Shown: positions 13,636-24,756 of the stretch, piece after piece | How positions within the stretch are numbered: the stretch's first letter is position 1 | Layout of the letters: every line of letters begins with the position of its first letter | NCBI GenBank assembly: GCA_951406725.2 | Contig: OX597823.1 | Location: 113,088,001-113,152,000 of the forward strand | Reading direction: 5' to 3' | DNA: 64,000 bases | From: Octopus vulgaris | Lineage: Eukaryota | Notes under the pieces: generated by a model | Seen by the model: the letters and a program-made list of their open reading frames with translations, nothing else | Told to the model about the DNA's origin: nothing | The model's database searches: none | Translations under genes and position numbers: made by a program

Positions 13636-16279
13636 AAGTAAAATGTGTGAAGCCTTTCAGCAGCATTTTGCCCGACTGTTCGGAACGAGTGGAGGGCAAG
13701 AACGTAGGGTGGACTTCAGTGCCTACCTACATAGCCTACCACGACTCTCGACAAGAAAGGCAGGGTGCTGCGAAGGTGCCATCACGGCGGCGGAAGTGCG
13801 GGAAGCGATGGCAGAATGCTCGAGGGACAAATCACCGGGTTTGGATGGTCTACCCTACGAGCTTTACAATTGTATGCCAGACTTGTTTGGAGATCTCTTG
13901 GCGGCGGTGTACTGCAACTGGCAGCAAAACGGGAGCATTCCTGGTTTTGTGAGCCGAGGAGCCGTAACACTGCTGAAGAAAGATCTAAACAAGGGAAATG
14001 TAATAGATAACTTTAGGCCCATCACTCTGCTTAATGCAGACTTGAAAATTTTGGCCAAGGTGCTAGCCAAGAGGTTGGCGCTTGTCATCGAGAAACTGGT
14101 CGACAAGGCGCAAACATGCGCCGTGCCAGGCCGGACCATCCATGACAACCTCCATCTGATGCGCTACATCATAGACAGGGTAGTTAACGAACCTGGCATG
14201 GGTGGGGCCCTGATCAACTTGGATCAATCGAAAGCCTTTGATAGGGTAGACCATCGATACTTGGGGGCAGTCCTGAGAGCGGCTGGTTTCGGTCCCGTTT
14301 TCCGCGGATGGATAGCTGCCTTGTACAGAGGCATCCGTTCGGTAATTCACGTAAATGGACATCTATCGAGACCTTTCGACATTGCACGTTCGGTCCGTCA
14401 GGGATGCCCCCTCTCGGCGCTTCTATACGTATTGACTCTTGAGCCACTACTGCGGAAGCTGGCGACTCTAAGGGGCATCCCGCGAGAATTGGGATACGGG
14501 ACGAGCGTGTCTGCATACGCGGACGACGTCACCGTCATAGTGTCTAGCCACGAGCACATCGAGCTGGTCGGCGAGACACTGAAAAACTACGAAGCGGTGA
14601 CAGGAGCGAAAATCAACCGGGAAAAGTCAGTGGGCTTGCGACTAGGCATCTGGAGAAGCAAGCCCATGCCGTCCACCAGCGCCTCCGTCGTGGGACGCTG
14701 GACCGACGGCCCGGTTGAGTTGCTCGGGGTCTGGTTTGGTCCGGACCTCCAAGTGGAGAAGAACTGGAACGAGATAACGAGTAGGGTGGTCACTCTCGCC
14801 CGGCAATGGGCCGAGAGGAAACTGTCCCTAAAAGGTCGAGCGGAGGTGGCGAACACGTACATCGCGTCCGTCATCTACTACCGCCTGACCGTCGTACCTT
14901 GTCCCGACCCTACCATCACCAAACTACAACGCATCCTCTTTCGTTTCTTGTGGAAAGGATGCGTCCCGATGGTCAGGCGATCCATTTGCTGTCAACACCC
15001 GTTAAAAGGAGGGCTGGGCATGCCGTGGTTGATGATGCGCAGACACGCGCTGAGACTGCGACATCTCTGGCTCTATGTAGACGACGGTGAACAGGTGTGG
15101 TCGCCGTTTGTGAGGCACGCTTTCCCGCAGCTCGTCTCCATGACCGAACTGCAGTCGTGGATCAAAAAGAGGCCGAGGAAGGGCGAATGGCACCGCGAGT
15201 GTCGCGTTGCTCTCAAGCAACTCTGCCGTCCTGGGTCGACCTTAAGTGACTTCAACACAACCAAAGCATTCTATAGGGGTTTAGTGGAGGGGAGGTACGA
15301 CGACGAGCTCGGGGCGAACCTGGACGTCGACGAGGAGTACCTGACCCGCCTGTTCAGGACGACTTTCGGGCCAGGGCCCATGGACAACTTCCAGAGATCC
15401 CTGGCCTGGCAGTGCTACCGAGAAGCGCTACCCGTTCGGGATAAGCTCTACAGACACAGCTCGAGAAACACGGGGCCGACCTGCCCGAGATGCGGTCAGA
15501 GCGACGAAACCGTTCTGCACGCACTCGTTCAGTGTCCAACAATTTCCGACCTGTGGGCTTGTGTCGAACAACAGCTGTCACGTGTGGGACGAGTCGGTTT
15601 ATCAGCTGAGTCTATCGTCAATATTGTCACGCCTCCTTCCTTCAAACGGGAAGGAAGAGCTATTTTCATCATCCTTGTGGCTATGGCGAAGGAATGTATC
15701 TGGTGGACGCGTCTGAAAGGATTGGAGACAAACACTTTCCTCTCTGGTCAATCTCTCATCAACTTCTTCAAGTACCACTTGAAAAGGAAAGTGAGAGTAG
15801 AGAGGCAAGTTTTGTCTAGCGAATGTTTTAAAAAAAGATGGGTGAATGTAGCAAGAATGGCACGTATGAATGACGAAGCCACCTTGAGCATAGTCCTATG
15901 AACCCAGAAATCGAAAACAGAGAGTTGCTTATTTGCAAAAAAAAAAAAAAAAAAAAGAAATATAAAATGTGACTTCATTGACCGAGGTTACCGTGGTCTT
16001 TTCCGTAGGCTTTTCTTTGCACGGGTAAACCTCACCTGTCCTCCCCTTTACATTTCATATTGACATTTCTGTGATAACGATCCGTATTGATCAATTTTTT
16101 TTTCCTCTCCCCTTTTTTTTAACCCCCCTTTTTTGTCCTCTTTCTCTCCTTTTACGATCCCTTTTGATCGAAACTCCCCCTTCCCTTTTTTTTTTTTTTT
16201 TTTTAAACCTTCAAAAGAAAAGCTCTACCTTATAATTTGTTCTATCTGTGTGCAGCCCTGTGTGGCTAATAAAGAAACA
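13636..16279 (+). mobile_element. L1/Tx1-clade non-LTR retrotransposon, subfamily A, 5'-truncated copy A
   Basis: RT motifs [45 protein letters not shown]; C-terminal CPRC...[10 protein letters not shown]; 3' UTR ends AGCCCTGTGTGGCT-AATAAA-GAAACA, then (TATC)n. Confidence 0.93.
13643..15901 (+). CDS. Truncated ORF2 of Tx1 copy A (RT + CCHC, no endonuclease), uninterrupted 752 aa from an internal Met
   Basis: Open frame from MCEAFQQHF to ATLSIVL; the YLSI-repeat N-terminus in the ORF track is only translated microsatellite. Confidence 0.8.
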   Translation: MCEAFQQHFARLFGTSGGQERRVDFSAYLHSLPRLSTRKAGCCEGAITAAEVREAMAECSRDKSPGLDGLPYELYNCMPDLFGDLLAAVYCNWQQNGSIPGFVSRGAVTLLKKDLNKGNVIDNFRPITLLNADLKILAKVLAKRLALVIEKLVDKAQTCAVPGRTIHDNLHLMRYIIDRVVNEPGMGGALINLDQSKAFDRVDHRYLGAVLRAAGFGPVFRGWIAALYRGIRSVIHVNGHLSRPFDIARSVRQGCPLSALLYVLTLEPLLRKLATLRGIPRELGYGTSVSAYADDVTVIVSSHEHIELVGETLKNYEAVTGAKINREKSVGLRLGIWRSKPMPSTSASVVGRWTDGPVELLGVWFGPDLQVEKNWNEITSRVVTLARQWAERKLSLKGRAEVANTYIASVIYYRLTVVPCPDPTITKLQRILFRFLWKGCVPMVRRSICCQHPLKGGLGMPWLMMRRHALRLRHLWLYVDDGEQVWSPFVRHAFPQLVSMTELQSWIKKRPRKGEWHRECRVALKQLCRPGSTLSDFNTTKAFYRGLVEGRYDDELGANLDVDEEYLTRLFRTTFGPGPMDNFQRSLAWQCYREALPVRDKLYRHSSRNTGPTCPRCGQSDETVLHALVQCPTISDLWACVEQQLSRVGRVGLSAESIVNIVTPPSFKREGRAIFIILVAMAKECIWWTRLKGLETNTFLSGQSLINFFKYHLKRKVRVERQVLSSECFKKRWVNVARMARMNDEATLSIVL

Positions 16280-16530
<251 letters not shown>

Positions 16531-16730
16531 TGACGGATGTGATGTCGTTTCAGCTCCGAAGGTAATCATTTATTTTGACTATTTATAGGCCTATTTTTGT
16601 GTAGATTTTTGCAAATAAGGTGTGTAAGGCAACCAACTTTCATTTGAGTGCCTTTCCAAGGGAGGAATTCGCCCCTAGGGGCAGTTTCGACCCCATTTCA
16701 TTTCTGTTATTTTCTTCTCGACATTAGAAA

Positions 16731-18593
16731 ATGTCTAGAAATTTTATTGTTGAACGCTGGTCGCGTTCTTTTTTGGAACAACATTTTCCTAGTCTGGAAA
16801 CGACAGAGAAAAAAAGAACGTTCGCACGGAAAATGCCAACGTGAAATTCGGTGAAAGGAACGCTGCAACCACGTGCGTTAACAGCCCTGTCACCAACGCC
16901 ACCACCACCACTAACAACAGCAACCACGAGACAACAACTGCTACCACCACCACCTCCACCACCACCACCACCACTACCACGACCAACATAAATGATAAAA
17001 ATAAAACTGAAACGAAAACTATTGACAAAAACAACAGCAACAACAAGAACAACAATAAAAATGAACTATCTAATAGTGAAGATGCCAATACAAAAAAGTC
17101 AACAACAGTAAATTTTGCAGATATTCTTCGCCAGAAAAAGGAGATTGTTACATTCACAAATGAAGAGCTCATAGAAACAAGAGCTCTCTTTACAACCCGT
17201 GGACAAGATTTAGTCCTGCATACACCTCAACATATAAAACAAGAAATTGAAAATAAGACAATTGTATATAAAATTATTAGAAAAAACAAAAAACCAAATG
17301 AACAGATTACAAAAACTGATGTGGAGAAATGTTTAAAAAATATAATGAAAGAAAAAGAGTATATAAACTGGGGTCCACAGTTTAACACAGTAGTGGTCCG
17401 CTTCCCTAACCAGGAAGTGGCAAAAGCTCACTCTACTGAGTCTCTGGGAAATGATGAAATCATCATGGTCCCTTATTATAAAAACCAGAGGGTGAGTAGA
17501 ATTACTATCAGAAATGTACCCCCGATATGCCGAACAAATGGATAACAGGGGCAATCTGTTACCACTTGAAAAAGATCAATATTCTAGAAACAGCCGTGTA
17601 CCTAAACGACAATTGGGGTGGAAAAACAGTAGTTGTGACCATCCAGATTGAGGGGGCCTCTATCGAGAGCCTACCCGACAAGATATACTTGGAGAATGGG
17701 CAATGCCTATATGTTATGGCAGAAGGCAAAAAGCCTAGATGCTACAAATGTGGCAGCCCCGAACATTTGATTGCCAAGTGCGATCTGGTACAGAAAAAAC
17801 AAGAAAGAACAATTCAGAAAACAAATAAAATCCCTTTGTTGCCAACACCAACACCAACACACTCAATTATGGAACAACGCCAAGAAAAACAACAAACCCC
17901 AACAACATCACCAAGAAAAACAGTACCAACACAATCACCGTTGACGTCACAACCAATTAAACTTGTTGAATCTTCAAAAAATCGACCCACACCCACACCC
18001 AGGACGACAATTAAAAAGACAGAAAACACTGACGAGAAGACAAATGCTACCCCTAACACCACAACAACACAAACACCGCACAAAACATCAACAATTTATA
18101 CAAGCATACATAGTGATCCTGTTCTTTTTCCTCTACCCCATACTGATACCTCGGACGACGAAAGTTCGACGGAATGGCAAATAGCCACAGGGGTAAAAGA
18201 AAAAGATCCAAAAAATCCACCAAACAAGGAATTAAAGCAGGGAGATATCTCACTCAGGACAACATTCCCCTAGACAATCAAAAAAGTAATGAACCCGTAA
18301 AACCACACACACAACTAACTGCAATAGACACAGACAATAAAGAATTAATGGACTACATCAAATCTAACATGGTCGTCTGTGAAGATGATTTTAAGACAAA
18401 CAATCATCCGCACACCACACCACCGAAACACATCAGAATTTTACACATAACACAAGCACAACACCACATACTGAAAACATTATTTCCGAATGCGGTAGGC
18501 GGGTATCAACGATACCTGTCGAAAAAACTATACAAACACCTCATCAAAAACGATACAAAAGAAGAAGAAGAAAAAATTAAACTTTTAAAATGA
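16731..18593 (+). CDS. ORF1 (gag-like RNA-binding protein with CCHC zinc knuckle), ~621 aa if three homopolymer -1 shifts are corrected
   Basis: ATG at 16731 (MSRNFIVERW). Pieces join at the A7 run ~16809-16815, C5 run 17519-17523 and G4 run 18190-18193. Motifs RITIRNVPP, VMAEGKKPRCYKCGSPEHLIAKC (CX2CX4HX4C) and a basic WQIATGGKRKRSKK segment. Confidence 0.8.
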
Positions 18594-18658
18594 GTAAGTG
18601 ACCTCACTTCTTGCCTCTTGTCTCTTCTAATATAGTGTGTAAAACACAATTTTCGTAA

Positions 18659-21600
18659 ATGTCAAGTATGCTTAAATTAGGTTGTGTGAATGCGCGTGGC
18701 TTGGCGTCGGCTTGGAAGCAAGGTTACCTTCTAAACGACATCAAGTCACTGGACGTGGATATAGTAGCTATCAGCGAAACCAGACTCAGTAAGCCGCGGG
18801 CCCTCGAGTCCATGTTTGGCAATCAATTTGACATTTATTTTTCTCCCTGCCTGCCGAACATGGGTGGTGGAGGTACTGCGGTGCTTTTTCGAAAGAGTCT
18901 AAAGGTAAAAGTAAGAGCAATATTCCTAGACCCGGAGGGTAGGCTGGTTGTCTTGGACGTGGATGGCAGAAATGGGTGTGCATTCCGTCTGATGGCAGTT
19001 TATGCACCGTCCTTAACGGGTCGGGCGGATTTCTTCAGACGTCTAGAGGTTTTCCTGGGTACGTCTAGACCTTTACTGTTAGTAGGGGATTGGAACGCTA
19101 CCTTGGACACGCATCTAGATTATGTGGGAAGGGATAGGAATAGAAGGGGGTGTAAGAGCCTCAAAGACCTGCTCAGACGTTTCCATTTGTCTGACAGGTT
19201 CCGACTCGACCATCCGAACGTGCCAACGTGGACTTGGACAAACCGCGTCGGATCGTCGAGATCTTATCTAGATAGAATTCTATGCAGGACAGCGGATAGG
19301 GATAGTGTAGGATGTCCACAATTTAAAATAGTCAGCTACACAGATCACAAATTTGTTACGTGTACGCTCGACTTAGATAAAACACATAGGCAGGGTCCCG
19401 GTTACTGGAAACTGAACACGTCGCTGTTAGCGCGACAGGTTTACAGGAACCGGATTAGCGAGTTAATTAAGAGGGCGCTGACGGGAGCGGTCGTTAACAA
19501 CCGCTGGTGGTACGCCCTGAAAATGGCAATAAAATCGGAATCAATTAGGTTTAGCAAGGAATTAGCGATAGAACGAAATAGAGTAGAGGGAGACTTAGTT
19601 AAGAAACTAGAAGAGGCACTTACCACTGGCAGCGCAACCAACGTGCTAGCTGCGAGGATGGCCCTCGACCAACACCTCAACGCCAAGCACGAAGGTTGCG
19701 TCGTCAGAGCTAAAATGCGTGCCTTAAGGAACGAAGGGATTGAAACTGCGCGAGAGGCCCGGGTAGCGGAGGCGCAGCGTGGCAACAGATCAACCATTCG
19801 GTCTCTAATAGATCAACAGGGATGCAGTTTACTCGAACCCGAAAGGATGTGTGAGGCCTTTCAACAGCACTTTGCTCGACTGTTTGGTGCGAGTGGTGGG
19901 TCGGAACGAGGGATGGATTTCAGTGCCTACCTGACCGACCTGCCGCGGCTCTCGGCAAGAGAGGCGGAGTGTTGTGAAAGTCCCATCACAGCCGCTGACG
20001 TGTGGGATGCGATGGCGGGCTGCGCGAGGGATAAGTCGCCTGGATTGGATGGTTTACCCTACGAGCTGTATTGTCGAATGCCAGACTTGTTTGGCGAACT
20101 CTTGGCATCAGTCTACTGCAACTGGCAACAAAACGGGAGAATCCCCGGTTTCGTGAGCCGAGGTGCAGTGACGTTGCTGAAGAAAGACTCAAACAAGGGG
20201 AATTTTATAGATAATTTCAGGCCCATCACTCTGCTCAACGCAGATTTGAAAATTTTGGCCAAAGTAATAGCCGAGAGGTTGGCGCTTGTCATTGGTAAAC
20301 TGGTCGACAGGGCGCAAACATGCGCCGTGCCGGGCAGAACCATACATGACAACCTCCATCTGATGCGCTACATTGTGGACAGGGTAGTTAAGGATCCTGG
20401 CATGGGTGGGGCGCTGATAAATTTGGATCAGTCTAAAGCCTTCGATAGGGTCGACCATCGGTACTTGGCGGCCGTCCTCAGGGCGGCTGGCTTCGGTCCC
20501 GTCTTCCGCGGTTGGATCGCTGCCTTGTATAGCGGCATCCGATCGGTGATTCGGGTAAACGGTCACCTGTCTAAACCGTTTGACATCACGCGTTCGGTCC
20601 GTCAGGGGTGTCCCCTGTCGGCGCTTCTGTATGTATTGACTCTCGAGCCGCTACCGCGGAAGCTGGCGACACTGAGGGGCATCCCACGGGAACTGGGTTG
20701 CGGGACGAGCGTGTCGGCATATGCGGACGATGTCACCGTCATAGTGTCGAGCTACCAGCACATCGAGCTGGTCGGCGAGACACTAAGAAAATATGAAACG
20801 GTGACGGGAGCAAAGATTAACCCGGAAAAGTCAGTGGGTTTGCTACTCGGCACCTGGAGAAGCAAGCCCATGCCGTCCGACTGCGACTCAGTAGTGGGAC
20901 GCTGGACGGACGGACCGGTTAAATTGCTCGGGGTCTGGTTCAGTCCGGACCTCCAAATGGATAAGAACTGGGACGAGATCACGAGTAGAGTGGTCGCTCT
21001 CAGCCAAACATGGGCCGAGAGAAAGCTGTCTCTAAAAGGCCGGGCGGAGGTGGCGAACGCGTACATCGCATCCGTCATCGATTACCGCCTGACCGTCGTA
21101 CCTTGTCCCGACGCCACCATCACCAAACTGGAACGCATACTCTTCCGCTTCCTGTGGAAGGGTGGCGTTCCGATGGTGAGGAAGTCCATTTGCTGTCAAC
21201 ATCCGTTGAATGGAGGACTGGGCATGCCATGGTTGATGATGCGCAGGCATGCGCTGAGACTGCGACATCTCTGGAAATTCATCGACGACGGTGAACAGGT
21301 GTGGGCGCCGTTTGTGAGGCGCGACTTCCCGCAGCTCGTCTCACTGACCGAACTGCAAACGTGGATCAAAAAGAGACCGAAACTGGGCGATTGGCACCGA
21401 GAGTGTCGCCAAGCTCTACAGCAGCTCTGCAGACCGGGGTCAAACTTGTGCAACTTCCAAACGACTAAAGCGTTCTATAGAGGACTAGTGGAGGGGAGGT
21501 CCGACGACACACTCGGGGCAAACCTGGGCGTCGACGAGGAATTCCTAACCCGCCTGTTCAGGACGACGTTCGGGCCGGGGCCTATGGATAACTTCCAGAA

Positions 21601-22108
21601 ATCCCTGGCTTGGCAGTGCTATCGAGACGCACTACCTGTTCGAGAGAAGAGCTACAGACACGGTTCGAAAACCATCACCGGACCGACCTGCCCGAGATGC
21701 GGTCAGAGCGACGAAACCGTTCTGCACGCACTCGTGCAGTGTCCAGATATTTCAGAGCTGTGGTCCTTCGTCGAACAGCTGTTGTCACGTGTAGGTCAGG
21801 CTCGCCTATCGGCCGAGTCTATTGTTAATATTGTTCCACCACCTTCCTTTAAACGGGAAGGGAAAACGGTTTTCGTTACGCTGATGGCTATGGCGAAAGA
21901 ATGTGTGTGGTGGACGCGTTTGAAAGGACTGCAAACAAACACATTCCTCTCTGGTCAATCTCTCGTCAACTTTTTCAAGTACCACTTGAAAAGGAGGATG
22001 AGAATAGAGAGGAAGGCTTTGTCGAACGAATGTTTTAATAAAAAGTGGGTAAAAGTGGCAAAAATGGTCAGTATGAAAGACGACACTATTTTAAGCATAA
22101 ATCTGTAA
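18659..22108 (+). CDS. ORF2: AP-like endonuclease + reverse transcriptase + CCHC finger, 1149 aa, intact
   Basis: APE motifs VNARGL, ISETR, VYAP, GDWNA, LDRI, TDH; GPGYWKLN linker typical of Tx1; [30 protein letters not shown]; CPRC..H..C. Confidence 0.96.
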   Translation: MSSMLKLGCVNARGLASAWKQGYLLNDIKSLDVDIVAISETRLSKPRALESMFGNQFDIYFSPCLPNMGGGGTAVLFRKSLKVKVRAIFLDPEGRLVVLDVDGRNGCAFRLMAVYAPSLTGRADFFRRLEVFLGTSRPLLLVGDWNATLDTHLDYVGRDRNRRGCKSLKDLLRRFHLSDRFRLDHPNVPTWTWTNRVGSSRSYLDRILCRTADRDSVGCPQFKIVSYTDHKFVTCTLDLDKTHRQGPGYWKLNTSLLARQVYRNRISELIKRALTGAVVNNRWWYALKMAIKSESIRFSKELAIERNRVEGDLVKKLEEALTTGSATNVLAARMALDQHLNAKHEGCVVRAKMRALRNEGIETAREARVAEAQRGNRSTIRSLIDQQGCSLLEPERMCEAFQQHFARLFGASGGSERGMDFSAYLTDLPRLSAREAECCESPITAADVWDAMAGCARDKSPGLDGLPYELYCRMPDLFGELLASVYCNWQQNGRIPGFVSRGAVTLLKKDSNKGNFIDNFRPITLLNADLKILAKVIAERLALVIGKLVDRAQTCAVPGRTIHDNLHLMRYIVDRVVKDPGMGGALINLDQSKAFDRVDHRYLAAVLRAAGFGPVFRGWIAALYSGIRSVIRVNGHLSKPFDITRSVRQGCPLSALLYVLTLEPLPRKLATLRGIPRELGCGTSVSAYADDVTVIVSSYQHIELVGETLRKYETVTGAKINPEKSVGLLLGTWRSKPMPSDCDSVVGRWTDGPVKLLGVWFSPDLQMDKNWDEITSRVVALSQTWAERKLSLKGRAEVANAYIASVIDYRLTVVPCPDATITKLERILFRFLWKGGVPMVRKSICCQHPLNGGLGMPWLMMRRHALRLRHLWKFIDDGEQVWAPFVRRDFPQLVSLTELQTWIKKRPKLGDWHRECRQALQQLCRPGSNLCNFQTTKAFYRGLVEGRSDDTLGANLGVDEEFLTRLFRTTFGPGPMDNFQKSLAWQCYRDALPVREKSYRHGSKTITGPTCPRCGQSDETVLHALVQCPDISELWSFVEQLLSRVGQARLSAESIVNIVPPPSFKREGKTVFVTLMAMAKECVWWTRLKGLQTNTFLSGQSLVNFFKYHLKRRMRIERKALSNECFNKKWVKVAKMVSMKDDTILSINL

Positions 22109-22408
22109 CCAAAAGAGACAACGAGAAGTAAGGCGACTTACTCATGTGTTCTTTTTCGAATTGTCTGAGGTGACCTTGGTCTTTTTTGTAGGTTTTTCTT
22201 TCCAAGACTACACCTAAACTGTGAACCTTATATATATATATATATATATATTCCTTTTTATACACCACACAACCCACAGATCCCTATTGATCAAACGGTT
22301 TTTTTTTTTTTTTTGCCCCACCCATCCCACCTCGAATAGAAAAAATTCTACATTGTATTTCGTCCATTTTTATTCTGTGTTTAGCCCTGTGTGGCTACAA
22401 TAAAAAGT

Positions 22409-22580
<172 letters not shown>

Positions 22581-23863
22581 AACACCCGTTAAAAGGAGGG
22601 CTGGGCATGCCGTGGTTGATTATGCGCAGACGCGCGCTGAGACTGCAGCATCTCTGGCTCTATGTAGACGACGGGGAACAGGTGTGGTCGCCGTTTGTGA
22701 GGCACGCTTTCCCGCAGCTCGTCTCCATGACCGAACTGCAGTTGTGGATCAAAAAGAGGCCGAGGAAGGGCGAATGGCACCGCGAGTGTCGCGTTGCTCT
22801 CAAGCAACTCTGCCGTCCTGGGTCGACCTTAAGTGACTTCAACACAACCAAAGCATTCTATAGGGGTTTAGTGGAGGGGAGGTACGACGACGAGCTCGGG
22901 GCGAACCTGGACGTCGACGAGGAGTACCTGACCCGCCTGTTCAGGACGACTTTCGGGCCAGGGCCCATGGACAACTTCCAGAGATCCCTGGCCTGGCAGT
23001 GCTACCGAGAAGCGCTACCCGTTCGGGATAAGCTCTACAGACACGGCTCGAGAAACACGGGGCCGACCTGCCCGAGATGCGGTCAGAGCGACGAAACCGT
23101 TCTGCACGCACTCGTTCAGTGTCCAACAATTTCCGACCTGTGGGCTTATGTCGAATAACTGCTGTCACGTGTGGGACGAGTCGGTTTATCAGCTGAGTCT
23201 ATCGTCAATATTGTCACGCCTCCTTCCTTCAAACGGGAAGGAAGAGCTATTTTCATCATCCTTGTGGCTATAGCGAAAGAATGTATCTGGTGGACGCGTC
23301 TGAAAGGATTGGAGACAAACACTTTCCTCTCTGGTCAATCTCTCATCAACTTCTTCAAGTACCACTTGAAAAGGAAAGTGAGAGTAGAGAGGCAAGTTTT
23401 GTCTAGCGAATGTTTTAAAAAAGATGGGTGAATGTAGCAAGAATGGCACGTATGAATGACGAAGCCACCTTGAGCATAGTCCTATGAACCCAGAAATCGA
23501 AAACAGAGAGTTGCTTATTTGCAAAAAAAAAAAAAAGAAATATAAAATGTGACATCATTGACCGAGGTTACCGTGGTCTTTTCCGTAGGCTTTTCTTTGC
23601 ACGGGTAAACCTCACCTGTCCTCCCCTTTACACTTCATATTGACATTTCTGTGATAACGATCCCTATTGATCAATTTTTTTTCCTCCCCCCTTTTTTTTA
23701 AACCCCCCTTTTTTTGTCCTCTTTCTCTCCTTTTTCGATCCCTTTTGATCGAAACTCCCCCTTCCTTTTTTTTTTTTTTTTCTTTCTTAAACCTTCAAAA
23801 GAAAAGCTCTACCTTGTAATTTGTTCTATCTGTGTGCAGCCCTGTGTGGCTAATAAAGAAACA
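22581..23863 (+). mobile_element. Tx1 subfamily A, heavily 5'-truncated copy C
   Basis: Near-identical to 14994-16279; nonsense TAA at 23156 and a 1-nt A-run deletion at ~23420; same 3' end, then (TATC)n. Confidence 0.93.
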
Positions 23864-23962
<99 letters not shown>

Positions 23963-24009
23963 GTCTGTCTGTCTCTTTCTCCCTGTCTTTCTCTCTCTCT
24001 CTCTCTCTA

Positions 24010-24085
<76 letters not shown>

Positions 24086-24095
24086 CATACATACA
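23864..24095. repeat. (TATC)n tract 4 grading into (CT)n and (TA)n
   Basis: Visible repeat. Confidence 0.95.
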
Positions 24096-24230
24096 TTTCA
24101 CCTATAATCACTATCACATTGCACTTATACAGATGACTCATGCGCACGCACATATAATAAACTTATGTATGTACGTGCGTGTGTGTGTTTTTGTGTGTGT
24201 ATGCATATATATATATATATATATATATAT

Positions 24231-24674
24231 AATCCAAATAATAAGAACACAAAGGATTTCTTTAACACATCTTTAAGCATTTGTTACAATTGCTTCTGTA
24301 CTTACTCTGCTTGCAACGTCAGCTTGCGCAAAAATGCGATGTAAAAATTCACGTAATGTTGGCGGTTTTAGACATTAGCGTGGTACATCATCAGACTCGC
24401 ATCAAAGGTACGCTCTCACATTTTGCGTCTTCCAAATATTGATTGTATAAATTTTAGTGCAACGAAATATCTGGTCTTCTTCAACAAATAATTTCCCCCA
24501 AAGAACACAAAGCTGCAAATTTTATCGAACAGGAATAATAGGAAAGTATTTTCTATATAATGATTATGTTTAATAACTTAATTCAATGCTAATAACCGTT
24601 GAGTCGAATGAAGAAACTAAAAGTACAATAGTATCTAAATTTTATATGGGATTTATAAATCCCATATAAAATTT
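24231..24674 (-). mobile_element. Probable Penelope-like terminal remnant with a degenerate hammerhead motif
   Basis: Abuts (TA)n; minus strand CTGATGA-TGTAC...GTACA-GAAGCAATTGTA; ends in a perfect 38-bp palindrome. Confidence 0.45.
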
Positions 24675-24725
24675 GTGTGTGTATATGCGTGCATGTATGT
24701 ATATGTATAGTTATGTATATATATA

Positions 24726-24756
<31 letters not shown>

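Larger units (their letters stand above)
16531..22408 (+). mobile_element. Full-length L1/Tx1-clade non-LTR retrotransposon, subfamily B (~5.9 kb)
   Basis: 200-bp 5' UTR, gag-like ORF1, 65-bp spacer, intact ORF2, 3' UTR ending TAGCCCTGTGTGGCTA-C-AATAAA-AAGT; (TATC)n on both sides. Confidence 0.95.

Noticed and set aside
13229-13642. YLSI-repeat N-terminal extension fused to RT (890-aa ORF; likewise 22391..23158)
   Set aside because: (TATC)n has no stop codon in any + frame, so the ORF caller reads through it; not a real protein domain.
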